In this document: positions 31,123 through 41,183 of the stretch, piece by piece
Layout of the letters: each line of letters begins with the position of its first letter
How positions within the stretch are numbered: the first letter of the stretch is position 1
Assembly: GCA_016840085.1 (NCBI GenBank)
Contig: JAEOTA010000085.1
Coordinates: 1-64,000, forward strand
Direction of reading: 5' to 3'
Length of the DNA stretch: 64,000 bases
Source of the DNA: Promethearchaeota archaeon
GTDB lineage: Archaea > Asgardarchaeota > Lokiarchaeia > Sigyniarchaeales > SOKP01
The notes under the pieces: model-generated
Told to the model about the DNA's origin: nothing
Seen by the model: only the letters and a program-made list of their open reading frames with translations
Database searches by the model: none
Translations under genes and position numbers: made by a program

Positions 31123-32793
31123 ATGGTTAAATTAATTATTAAGAATGGATTGATTTTTGATCCCCTCAATAATATTGAAGGTGAGAAGAAGGATATCTTA
31201 ATTGAGGACGAATTTATTGTAGAAAAATTTTCTAAAGAAAGTGATATAAAGGAAATTGATGCTAAGGGAAAAACTGTTATTCCTGCTGCCTTGGATATTC
31301 ATACTCATTTTGCATCTCAACAAGTAAATTGGGCACGATTACTTGGTACAGAAAATTCAACTTTCAAAAAAATATGGCAAGGTTTAACACTTGAAAAAAT
31401 AGCTCAAGATTATATTAATAATGGCTATACTTTCATTCTTGAAGCGAACGTCTTCCCATCCTTATCAAAACAAACAATATTTGATTTTAATCATTTACCG
31501 GTTCTTGATAAGGGAATGTTATTAAATGTCAGTAATTTATGGGCTTTAGAGTTAGAGTTTCAGAGAAGTAAAATAGATAACTTAAGTGTATTTTTATCCG
31601 ATTTATTGCAAAAAACCAAAGCTTTTGGCATTAAAGTCTATAATCCTTTTGAAGCTGAAGAATGGAATTTTAAAGAGATAAGAGAAGATGTTAAAAAATT
31701 AGGAAGACTCTATAATTTCTCAGCTTTAGATGTTTATGAGAACTTAACAAAAGCTAATGAGCGGTTAGGATTACCGCATTCAGTTCATGCCCATATTGAA
31801 GGCTATGAGACTAAATATGCAAAAGATAATTATGCAATCATATTAGAAAGGATAAATTCTTTAGATATAGTCCCTAAATTAAAAAATAACTCTCAAACTT
31901 CGAGATCCCAAATTTTTCATCTTGCTCACGCTTCTGCTTATAATATCGATGGAGATAATACTAAATTAATTGATATTATCAATCAATCTAATAAAATAGA
32001 CATTGATATTGGATTTCTTACATTTAACAAAATCAATCCATTAATCACTTCTGATAGAAAGTTAATTGAAAATGAAATAAAAATTGAAAATCAAAATAAT
32101 ATATTAATTAGATCCGCTGTAGAATTTGAAGGAGATTTATTTGTAAAATTTAGAAATTTTGATAAGAATAATAAAGATCATTGCATATTGTGGGCAAATG
32201 GAATCAACCTCGCTCTAAATATTAAAAATAAGTGGAAAATTCAACTTTCTCTTAACTATCCAAATTATGGTAATATAAACGATCTTGCTGAAGTTGCTAC
32301 ATGGCTATTAAGTAATGATGCAAGAATTAAATTTATGGAGAATATGACAAAAAATTTTATACCAGATGAATTTTTAACAGAGCCAGATAACAATTTATCA
32401 TTTTATGAGTATATTATTTTAAGTCGAGCAAGTCCAGCTAAATCTCTTGGATTGGGACAAATTAAAGGAAATTTGGGAATTGGTGCTGATGGAGACGTTA
32501 ATATTTTAGATATTGATCTACATAACATCGATACAGTTAAAGATTATGATGTAATCAAGAAATCGTTAAGTAATATTGAATATGTTATAAAATCTGGTGA
32601 AATTATAAAATATGGGGATAATTTAGATTTGTCACATCAAGGTAAGATTTTTTGGACAAGGGGCACTATAGAAAAAGAGGATAGATCAATTATTTTGAAA
32701 CAAAAAAAGGATTTTTATCAAAAATATTATTCAATTTTCTATGATTCTCTAATAACTTCAATTAATAATAAATTTTTAAGGTTAGTTGATTAG
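31123..32793 (+). CDS. fwdA: formylmethanofuran dehydrogenase subunit A-like amidohydrolase (divergent)
   Basis: IKNG.IFDPLN, DIHTH, GIKVYNP, LGLPHSVHAH, SRASPAKSLGL...KGNLGIGADGD. Confidence 0.85.
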   Translation: MVKLIIKNGLIFDPLNNIEGEKKDILIEDEFIVEKFSKESDIKEIDAKGKTVIPAALDIHTHFASQQVNWARLLGTENSTFKKIWQGLTLEKIAQDYINNGYTFILEANVFPSLSKQTIFDFNHLPVLDKGMLLNVSNLWALELEFQRSKIDNLSVFLSDLLQKTKAFGIKVYNPFEAEEWNFKEIREDVKKLGRLYNFSALDVYENLTKANERLGLPHSVHAHIEGYETKYAKDNYAIILERINSLDIVPKLKNNSQTSRSQIFHLAHASAYNIDGDNTKLIDIINQSNKIDIDIGFLTFNKINPLITSDRKLIENEIKIENQNNILIRSAVEFEGDLFVKFRNFDKNNKDHCILWANGINLALNIKNKWKIQLSLNYPNYGNINDLAEVATWLLSNDARIKFMENMTKNFIPDEFLTEPDNNLSFYEYIILSRASPAKSLGLGQIKGNLGIGADGDVNILDIDLHNIDTVKDYDVIKKSLSNIEYVIKSGEIIKYGDNLDLSHQGKIFWTRGTIEKEDRSIILKQKKDFYQKYYSIFYDSLITSINNKFLRLVD

Positions 32794-32902
32794 AATATAA
32801 AATTTGAAGTTATTATTCAAACCAATGATTTTTAATAGCATGAAATTAAAAAAATTCAATGAAAAAAAAATCTGTTAAGAGAATTTTTAATCTTTCTTAT
32901 TT

Positions 32903-34414
32903 CTAACCTATAGCGTGGTAGTGAAGCATAGAATGATGATAATACCTTGGTGCTATAATATACGCTAAAGGTCTTCTCCTTATGTAAGTTTCTAAATCTT
33001 GTTCGAAAAAAGAGTATATGCTAAGATGTATCAAAGGATTTATTAAATATTTCCATTTATCCAGTTGCTCTTGTGAGATATTATTTTCAATCAATAATAC
33101 ATTGGGATTTAAACACATTAGAATAGCATATTCCATTAATTCTGGAATAAATTTTGCACTTTGGGCTTTTAATATGTTTGATTGTGCTCGCAATAATACT
33201 CTCCACGTCTCTTCAGGGTCCCATGGAAATAATGAGGAGATTGCTGAAAAGAATTTCGTACCTTCAGGTATATCTTCAATAATTTCATAAAAATAATTAT
33301 AAGAGTCTAATTTAGTGGAAAATGCTAAAATTAACAATACGAATATCATTTCTTCATCAATATTTTGCTTTAAATGTTGATAAAGAATTGTCTTCTTTCC
33401 GATCATTGGTAAATCTCTTTGAAAGTCTATGAAAATTCTAAGATTTTCATAATATTGCATAATTATATTTCTATTTACCTCATTTTTTGAACCCCATATT
33501 GTAAAAAATTTACCCAATAACGAGATCGCTGTTCTGATTTTATGAGTTGATATATTAGCATTATTAAGGATTTCATGAAATATTCTTTTATATTCATTTT
33601 CGGGATATTTATATTTAAATTCATTCTCAGTAATCTTTGCTTCATGATTATTCTTTGGAATCATATTTTCTGGATGGTTCATGAGATAAAATGATAAATT
33701 CATCATTCTTTTTTGTGCGTTATTGTAATTACGTTCACGTAGCGTAATAATATTCATAATTTTAGATAGATTTAGCATATTTGTATTAAGAAAGTATAAA
33801 GCCCATACCGGTGAGAACTTATTTGTTCTCATAATATTTCCAATACTGTCGATAAGCATGGTGAATGTGTCATCTAAATTCTTTAACACAATAATTAGCT
33901 CTTTTAATTCTCGAGAATAGAATCTCCTCCGAGCTTTTATTTCATCAATAATTGTTTCACCTATGGGGGTAAGAAAAACTCTAATACCATTAACCTTAAC
34001 GGCTCTTTCATAAGATTCAATTTCTCTATTAAGTTTTAACAAATCGTTCTTCAATATTTTCAGATTAATTTCGTTATTTTCAATGAATTGACATAAATCA
34101 GATATGTCCTTTTTTAATGTTGCACCTCTTCCAATTTTTAAATAAGCAAAAAAGCGGGATATCGTTGATACATGATTATAATCACCCTCTAATGATACTA
34201 AATTTTGATAAGCTTGTCTTATATCATTAGATAACTTCACATACTTTCTTTTTAGACTTGTTATGTCTTTTTCTCTTGACGTCTTGGGGATTTTAGATTT
34301 GAATTCTGAAATAAGATGATTTTCTTTTAATTCAGAGATCTCTTCATATGATGTCAATATATCTTTTTTATCTTTTATAGAACTTAATATCTCTAACGCT
34401 CTCTCACATCTCAA
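32903..34414 (-). CDS. hypothetical alpha-helical/coiled-coil protein
   Basis: 503-aa ORF; TTG start overlaps the upstream TGA stop. Confidence 0.75.
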   Translation of the reverse strand: MRCERALEILSSIKDKKDILTSYEEISELKENHLISEFKSKIPKTSREKDITSLKRKYVKLSNDIRQAYQNLVSLEGDYNHVSTISRFFAYLKIGRGATLKKDISDLCQFIENNEINLKILKNDLLKLNREIESYERAVKVNGIRVFLTPIGETIIDEIKARRRFYSRELKELIIVLKNLDDTFTMLIDSIGNIMRTNKFSPVWALYFLNTNMLNLSKIMNIITLRERNYNNAQKRMMNLSFYLMNHPENMIPKNNHEAKITENEFKYKYPENEYKRIFHEILNNANISTHKIRTAISLLGKFFTIWGSKNEVNRNIIMQYYENLRIFIDFQRDLPMIGKKTILYQHLKQNIDEEMIFVLLILAFSTKLDSYNYFYEIIEDIPEGTKFFSAISSLFPWDPEETWRVLLRAQSNILKAQSAKFIPELMEYAILMCLNPNVLLIENNISQEQLDKWKYLINPLIHLSIYSFFEQDLETYIRRRPLAYIIAPRYYHHSMLHYHAIG

Positions 34415-35613
34415 ACTTGATTCACCTTTTCTAAAATTGGTATTTCAACCGAGGGTAAATCCTTACCCTCTACTATAATTGTTAAATTTTCATTTATATT
34501 TTCTACATAAGTAAAAAAATCTTTATTTAAAGCTTCATAAATAAGTAATGCTAGTTCTTCTCTTTGTTTTTGCCAAGAAATTTGACGTTCTTCCAATAAA
34601 TGGCGATAAGAGTCGAGTTGAACTAAAGCATAGAGAAACTCATACACTAATTTCTGCCACTCTTTTTTCTGAGTCTCTTTATATTCATCCATAGGCACTT
34701 TTTTCCAAATAAATCCTTCAATATCTGCAAAATGTATTGTTCCATTCGGTGCTACTACACAATCCTTATCTAACCATACATCTTGATAAAATATACCTTT
34801 AATTTCGTTTCCTTCAATTATTGCTGATCGTGTATAAAGAGTTAAAAGCGCTATTCCACTTTTAATAAAATTCAATTCAAAATTCTCTGCCCTTTCTATG
34901 TTATCAATCTCAAATAACTGGAAAACTGAACTTGGATTAGCAATGACATGAGATGATTCAAAATACAAACGTACATTTGAAGGGAGTAGGCGTAGAACTT
35001 GATAAAAATGATCTTTATATGTTCTAAACCAAAAGAATTTCTTGGCCACTTCTTCGATTTCTTTTGGTAACTTAATAACTGCTACTGAGGGGCATATGTA
35101 AGCTCCATTAATAGAATCCAATTTAGCGATTCTAGAAAATTTCAGTTCATCAAATCCATTTATAAAACCTTGAGCGCCATATGGACTTTCACCCATCCAA
35201 GATTCCCCCATTATGAATCCTAAACCAGTGGATAATGTTTCAATTTTACTTAGATGTTTTATATCTCGACATGCGTTTTTTATTTTACTCGGGTTCAATT
35301 TTCCTCCAAAAAACATATCCTCATAAGCACCACACCCTTTTACTGATAAATATACAATTTTTCCTCCAATTTCAATAAAGTTTTCTGGAATCATTGCGTT
35401 TCTATTTTCATCTCTAACCGCTGGCTGTGATTTATGATTTAACCCATGAAACTCAGCAGTGGCTGGCCCTAAATAGGCAGAATACCATTCTTCCGGTAAT
35501 TTAAATTGCTTATTAATTTCAATAGCCTCAGGTTCAATCTTGAATAAATTAAAATTAACAGAATTTAGTAATTTTTGATGATAAAGTGTATTGTAAGTTA
35601 AATTTTCATTCAG
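34411..35613 (-). CDS. protein kinase-like / SelO-like fold protein (~400 aa, CTG start)
   Basis: Open frame extends 73 codons upstream of ATG 35394 to CTG 35613 with GGTGA RBS; LSVKGCG, YQDVWLDKD and HFADIEG motifs. Confidence 0.6.
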   Translation of the reverse strand: MNENLTYNTLYHQKLLNSVNFNLFKIEPEAIEINKQFKLPEEWYSAYLGPATAEFHGLNHKSQPAVRDENRNAMIPENFIEIGGKIVYLSVKGCGAYEDMFFGGKLNPSKIKNACRDIKHLSKIETLSTGLGFIMGESWMGESPYGAQGFINGFDELKFSRIAKLDSINGAYICPSVAVIKLPKEIEEVAKKFFWFRTYKDHFYQVLRLLPSNVRLYFESSHVIANPSSVFQLFEIDNIERAENFELNFIKSGIALLTLYTRSAIIEGNEIKGIFYQDVWLDKDCVVAPNGTIHFADIEGFIWKKVPMDEYKETQKKEWQKLVYEFLYALVQLDSYRHLLEERQISWQKQREELALLIYEALNKDFFTYVENINENLTIIVEGKDLPSVEIPILEKVNQV

Positions 35614-37289
35614 TAGCGTCTCACCTTAACTTTAGGCATCTTTTTACCTAAAAGGTATATTGTACCTACTATTTGAGCATTATAATCATCATATATGTTT
35701 TTAGCGGGACTATTCCATTCAGCAATTTCCGTAATTGCTCGTGTACATCCTATTTCCTTGAGCGCTGAAAGTCGAGCTAATACAAGCATTCTTCCGATTC
35801 CATGATTTCTAAAAGCAGGATGGACGTAAAGACCATATAACCATCCAGTTTCTTCTCCGGGAGTAGCAAAACCTACACCTAATATTATTTCATTAGCTAT
35901 AGATTCTGGTTTAGGATAATTACTTTGAAATAAATCTGACATTATTGATTGAATCCAAGTTTCTGTTCTTAATGCAGTAGCTCCAACCGCTATATCATCC
36001 TCATAAGATTTAGTAACCCATTTTGCATATTTCTTGCTTTTTTTACCCCTATCTTCATTTGCGATCATTTTCATGATAGCATCTAAATGTTTCTCCTCAA
36101 CAGGTTTTATATGAGCAGTATCAAAACTTAAATCTCTTTGCTGGAGATTATTAATTTCAAAGATATTATATTTCTCAATTGTGCGAAAACCCTTTAATCC
36201 TCTTCCACTTTCAGTAAATGCATATTTAACTTTAGTATAATTTACCATATCCCATATGTGATTACCATAAAAGGTACCAACTTTCCCTTTTTGTTCAATA
36301 AATCCTATTCCTTCTACTACTCCATTACTATGAGCGCTGATGATTTTTTTTTCATGAGATCTCGCTCTAACTAAATAGGAGGGTATCATTTCTGAATAAG
36401 CAGATTGTATTTCAAATTTAACAAAGTTAGGTAGATTTCTTTCAACGATAATTTCTATATCTCCTTTCGGAATTATCCTTGATTTCCAACGGAGGTTTTC
36501 ATATATTACATAAAATAGAATCATAAAAAATAATATAGGACCCCAGTAAGCTAAAAAGTACATTCCAAAATTAAAAGGTCTTAGATAACTAGAAGATGTA
36601 ATGAAGACATAGGAATTTATTCTAAATTTTGACCAATGCCCTGTTTCTCCATCATATCCATCATCTACTTCTGTATAAATCTCTCCAATCAAATAACCAT
36701 CTTTCGTAAAGAAATTATCTACTTCATATTTAGCATCAAATTCTCCATACACATCATCTCGAGAATAGTAGCCCTCACTATGAAGTTTTTTTCCACTAAA
36801 AGGCATTAGATTTCCAACCCAAATAAGGTGTTCTCCACTGATTACATCATATGAAGTATCGAGAATATCATATTGAGACGCTTTAATCCCTCCAGGAATA
36901 TGAAACCAAACATTCATATCAGTAGTATTAAGGACATCTTGGTCAGTGCCCCATACATAAGCTCCATTAACTAGTGAATATGAAAACTCATAATTATCTA
37001 CGCTTTTTTGGGAAGAACCATAGTAGTTTTCAGAAAATCTCCATGAAATCCGAGCGGTCACATTTGCATAATTTCCATTAAAATCAACAAGATAATGCCC
37101 TTTTGCTCTAAAAGTTTCTGTATATCCATCATACCAACCTCCTGTTCCTACCAAATCCCAATTATAGACATATTCGAATTCTAGGTCATGAGATGTAAAT
37201 TTAATACCTAAATATGGCATCCCGAATAATTGAACAATAACAGAAGTTATCACAAATATTACAATTAAAATTGTTCTCTTTCTTATAAT
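35610..37289 (-). CDS. membrane-anchored GNAT acetyltransferase with extracellular N-terminal domain
   Basis: Signal-like IRKRTILIVIFVITS after AGGAG, aromatic-rich domain, TM (FGMYFLAYWGPILFFMILFYVIY), C-terminal LYVHPAFRNHGIGRML acetyl-CoA motif. Confidence 0.75.
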   Translation of the reverse strand: MIRKRTILIVIFVITSVIVQLFGMPYLGIKFTSHDLEFEYVYNWDLVGTGGWYDGYTETFRAKGHYLVDFNGNYANVTARISWRFSENYYGSSQKSVDNYEFSYSLVNGAYVWGTDQDVLNTTDMNVWFHIPGGIKASQYDILDTSYDVISGEHLIWVGNLMPFSGKKLHSEGYYSRDDVYGEFDAKYEVDNFFTKDGYLIGEIYTEVDDGYDGETGHWSKFRINSYVFITSSSYLRPFNFGMYFLAYWGPILFFMILFYVIYENLRWKSRIIPKGDIEIIVERNLPNFVKFEIQSAYSEMIPSYLVRARSHEKKIISAHSNGVVEGIGFIEQKGKVGTFYGNHIWDMVNYTKVKYAFTESGRGLKGFRTIEKYNIFEINNLQQRDLSFDTAHIKPVEEKHLDAIMKMIANEDRGKKSKKYAKWVTKSYEDDIAVGATALRTETWIQSIMSDLFQSNYPKPESIANEIILGVGFATPGEETGWLYGLYVHPAFRNHGIGRMLVLARLSALKEIGCTRAITEIAEWNSPAKNIYDDYNAQIVGTIYLLGKKMPKVKVRRY

Positions 37290-37641
37290 TTTAAAACAAC
37301 TCCTAAGGATATTAGATTACTTTTTGTAATATATTTAATGCATATCTTAATTTAAAATATGTTAATATTGAATTTCTTTTGAATTTAAATATAAAAATAA
37401 GCCTTTAAATATTCATATTAGATCAGGGGATTTTTATACATTTACTATATTTATTTGTAATATTTTTAAGTAAAAAATCCTCTAATTTATGAATATTTCA
37501 TACTAAATAAAAGAAAACTAACTAAATGTTTATTTTGAAGTTATAAATAAAGTTGATTGATTAAAAATTAGTTTAGGTAAATATTTTTTATTTTATATGA
37601 TAAAATTTAATCGATAAAAAAGGAATTAAATTAGAAAAGGA

Positions 37642-39192
37642 TTAAGAATTGAATATTTTACCAGTTTTAGCTTCTTCTTCTTCACGGAGTGGTTGTTTCA
37701 TAATCTTACCTGTAGGAGTCTTAAGTAGATCATCTCTGAATTCCACATATTTTGGAATTTTGAAATTAGCAAGATTCTTTTTGCAATGTTCAATTATTTC
37801 TTCGGCAGTTGTAGTTTTTCCTTCTTTCAATACTACAAAAGCTTTAGGAAGTTCTCCATAGATATTATCTCGCACTCCAATAACAGTTGCTAATGAAACA
37901 TCAGGATGAGCATATAGCACCTCCTCTATTTCTCTAGGATATATATTTTCTCCACCTCGAATGATCATATCTTTTTTACGATCTGTAATATAGAAAAAGC
38001 CATCTTCATCCATATATCCAATATCACCTGTATATAACCAACCCTCTTTGAGAGTTTCAGCATTTGCTTCCGGATTTTTAAAATATTCTTTCATAATATT
38101 ATCCCCTATAATCACGATTTCTCCTTTAGTGTTAGGGGGAACATCATTACCCTTATCATCTACAATTTTCATTTCATTCCCTGGTAGGGGTAGACCAATA
38201 CTGCCTACTTTTCGCTTATCTTCAGTCTCAGACGGCATGGGATTAACTGAAGAAGCACAAGTACCCTCCGTAAGACCATAACCTTCTATAATTTTACATT
38301 TAAATGTTTTTTCAAATTCTCTAAATACTTCTACAGGTAAAGGAGCAGCTCCACAAATAATAAATTCTAATGAAGAAAGATCCAGATTTTCATGGGGCAT
38401 TCTGAGCAAGACAGAAAGCACTGTTGGCACGGAACTAAAAGTAGATGCTTTATATTTTGCTACAGTTTCCCAATGTGTTTGAGCTGAGAATCCAGGAGTT
38501 AAAATACAACTAGCGCCAATAGTGAAAGGTGCCATGACAGTTACTATCTGAGCATTAACATGGAATAGTGGTAAAATTAACATGAATCGAAAATCTTCCC
38601 TAGCTTTTAAAAACTCTTGAATCATTTCTCCATTTCTCCTGATATTAAAATGGGTTTGTAAAACACCTTTTGGAAATCCTGTGGTTCCTGATGTATAGAG
38701 AATTGCCGCAGGATCCTCTTTTTCATCAATAGAAACTATAGGAGGAGCATCTGAAGATGTTTTGTCCATCAATTCCCAAAAATTTAAAGTACCTTCGACA
38801 GGTTCTCCAATTACTAGTATATGTTCCAAATTGGGGAGATCGTCTTTGATTTCATTAACCAATTCCATAAATTTTGGGATCGTAACTATAGCTTTAGCTT
38901 CTGAATGCCCTACTACAAATTTAACTTCTCGAGTCTTAAATAATGCATTTACTGGACCAGTAATCGCGCCGATTTTTGGAATACCTAAGTATACATATAC
39001 ATATTCAGGCATATTTGGAAGGTAAACACTTACTTTTTCTCCTTTTCTTATTCCTAAATTATATAATAAATTAGCCACTTTATTCGTAAGCTCATTCAAT
39101 TGAGAATAAGAAACGGTAATATCCTCCCAATATAAAAAAACCTTATCCTTATACTTTTCTGCCTGAGTTTCTACTAATTCTCTTAGATTCAT
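37642..39192 (-). CDS. fadD: long-chain fatty-acid-CoA ligase
   Basis: YTSGTTGFPKG, EGYGLTE, YTGDIG, DRKKDMIIRGGENIYP. Confidence 0.93.
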   Translation of the reverse strand: MNLRELVETQAEKYKDKVFLYWEDITVSYSQLNELTNKVANLLYNLGIRKGEKVSVYLPNMPEYVYVYLGIPKIGAITGPVNALFKTREVKFVVGHSEAKAIVTIPKFMELVNEIKDDLPNLEHILVIGEPVEGTLNFWELMDKTSSDAPPIVSIDEKEDPAAILYTSGTTGFPKGVLQTHFNIRRNGEMIQEFLKAREDFRFMLILPLFHVNAQIVTVMAPFTIGASCILTPGFSAQTHWETVAKYKASTFSSVPTVLSVLLRMPHENLDLSSLEFIICGAAPLPVEVFREFEKTFKCKIIEGYGLTEGTCASSVNPMPSETEDKRKVGSIGLPLPGNEMKIVDDKGNDVPPNTKGEIVIIGDNIMKEYFKNPEANAETLKEGWLYTGDIGYMDEDGFFYITDRKKDMIIRGGENIYPREIEEVLYAHPDVSLATVIGVRDNIYGELPKAFVVLKEGKTTTAEEIIEHCKKNLANFKIPKYVEFRDDLLKTPTGKIMKQPLREEEEAKTGKIFNS

Positions 39193-39400
39193 ATAAATTT
39201 CCTCATATTTTTAAAATTATCAATTATGATTTTAAACAAGCAAAAATATGTTCTCTCTTATATAAAGTTTATAATCCTAATATTAAAGTTAATTTTATCC
39301 ACCTTAATAGTAGAGAGATTTAAAAATAAAACTATTATAATATTTACATAATTATTTTATATTTTGAATGATAAAAATAAATGATTAAGATTTGATATTT

Positions 39401-39643
39401 ATGGAATTTAAAGAATTTTTTAGCGATTTTGCGGTTTTCCTAAAGACAGGTCTTAAAAAATTAATACTTGTTAGTATCCTCGTTTTCTATTTTTCATTTT
39501 TGGGTTTTTATAATGCTTTTAGGATGAATTTAGATTATTCAGTAGAATTTAGTTGGATATATGGTATAATCTCTAGCCTAATATTCACTATAATTTTCGT
39601 TTTACTTGTAGAGATATTCCTCTTTTATCTCAAGAAACGATAG
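39401..39643 (+). CDS. small 2-TM protein (paralog of 46441-46698)
   Basis: MEFKEF...VFYF.FL..YN..R.NL.YS.E.SW shared with the paralog. Confidence 0.75.
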   Translation: MEFKEFFSDFAVFLKTGLKKLILVSILVFYFSFLGFYNAFRMNLDYSVEFSWIYGIISSLIFTIIFVLLVEIFLFYLKKR

Positions 39644-39711
39644 TAAATTTTTATTATCAGTAAACAAAAATGTATTATAATAATAAGTATCTTTATTAGA
39701 GGGTGGATTAA

Positions 39712-40935
39712 TTAAGGATTTGACAAATTTTTGAATAGATCTAAATACTTTTCTACGTGAGTTATCAAAAGAAATTCATTTTTAACTTTCTCGCGGCCTT
39801 TTTCGCCCATTTTTTTAGCAATTTTTGGATTCTTTAAAAGATAAATTACTTTTTCAGCAGTCTCATCAATTGTATCAACTAAAAAACCATTAATTCCATT
39901 TTCAATTTGTAATTTAATACCTCCAACATTTCCACCGATAACGGGAGTTTTTTTCCATAGTGCTTCGGTGACAGTGAGACCAAAACCTTCTCTAATTGAT
40001 TTTTGGAGAATAATTTCAGAAACTTGTTGGAACGCATTTACTTCTAAATCTGCAACTCCATCTAAATTTGATAAGATATGAATGCTTGGATCATCTCCAG
40101 CATAATTTTTTACTTTTTCTAACCATTTAACACCTTCCGGATCATCATGAGCAAGACTTCCTATTAAAACTAAACGGATAGGAATTTCTTCATTAACTTT
40201 TCTATAAACATCAATTACACCCAATGGATCCTTCCAGGGATCAAATCGGGAAACTTGTGTAATAAGGGGTAAATCTAATGGAACAAATTTTTCGACAATC
40301 TCTTTGGCAATATTTTCATCTAGTTGTTTATTCTTCTCTGAAAATGGATCAATTGAAGGTGTTATTTGAAATATAGGTGTTGTAATATCTTCTTTGGCAA
40401 ATTCTCTCTTAGTAAAAATGAGGGCATTATATAAAGGAAGATATTCCGAAATCAAATCCCATGCGTGAGGATTTGGATTAGAAGTATCAATATGACACCG
40501 CCAAATCCATTTACCTTTCTTCTCTTCAGCAAATTTGATAATAGGACATGGTTGAGGATCATGAATTATTATGAAATCACCATCAGGTCGAATTTGTTCA
40601 TATGACGATTTTGCTTGCAAAATATATGAGGAAATTTCGTCATCAGAGAATTTGATATCCATATTCCCCTGTAATGCATTATGCATTTTCTTGGATATTT
40701 TAAAAAATTTTTCAGGAGCTGTAAAAACTTTCCAATCCACGTTAATTTTTAATTCTTGCATTAACGGAATCATATTATGTAAGATTTCAGCAACCCCTCC
40801 ACCAAATTTAGTAGCGTTTATATGTAAAATATTATAATTCTCAAACTCTTTTGCTTTTTTTTGGACTCTTTTTATTACTTTATTCCCTAATAATTTAGAA
40901 TATTGTTTTAATAGATTATCAGATTCAGTATCCAT
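39712..40935 (-). CDS. treT: trehalose synthase, GT4 glycosyltransferase
   Basis: HINATKFGGGVAEIL, HNALQG, HDPQP, WRCHID, SRFDPWKDP, EGFGLTVTEALWK. Confidence 0.92.
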   Translation of the reverse strand: MDTESDNLLKQYSKLLGNKVIKRVQKKAKEFENYNILHINATKFGGGVAEILHNMIPLMQELKINVDWKVFTAPEKFFKISKKMHNALQGNMDIKFSDDEISSYILQAKSSYEQIRPDGDFIIIHDPQPCPIIKFAEEKKGKWIWRCHIDTSNPNPHAWDLISEYLPLYNALIFTKREFAKEDITTPIFQITPSIDPFSEKNKQLDENIAKEIVEKFVPLDLPLITQVSRFDPWKDPLGVIDVYRKVNEEIPIRLVLIGSLAHDDPEGVKWLEKVKNYAGDDPSIHILSNLDGVADLEVNAFQQVSEIILQKSIREGFGLTVTEALWKKTPVIGGNVGGIKLQIENGINGFLVDTIDETAEKVIYLLKNPKIAKKMGEKGREKVKNEFLLITHVEKYLDLFKNLSNP

Positions 40936-41183
40936 TTCTTTAATTCCACTATCTTTTTTTACAATTACTATAATTACTATAAATCTAGTTGGTTCGAATT
41001 CATAACTTATTATTTTTTATTCATTTTACGCATATAAAATTGATTTGTTTATTTATCAAAACAGTAACATTTATAAACATTACTATCGTATTTTCTTTTT
41101 GATTTTTTCCCTCTTCATTCTCATTAAAAAGGGAAAAAATGAAAATTTAACAAAAATCAAAAAATTTGGGTCGAAATTAAAAA

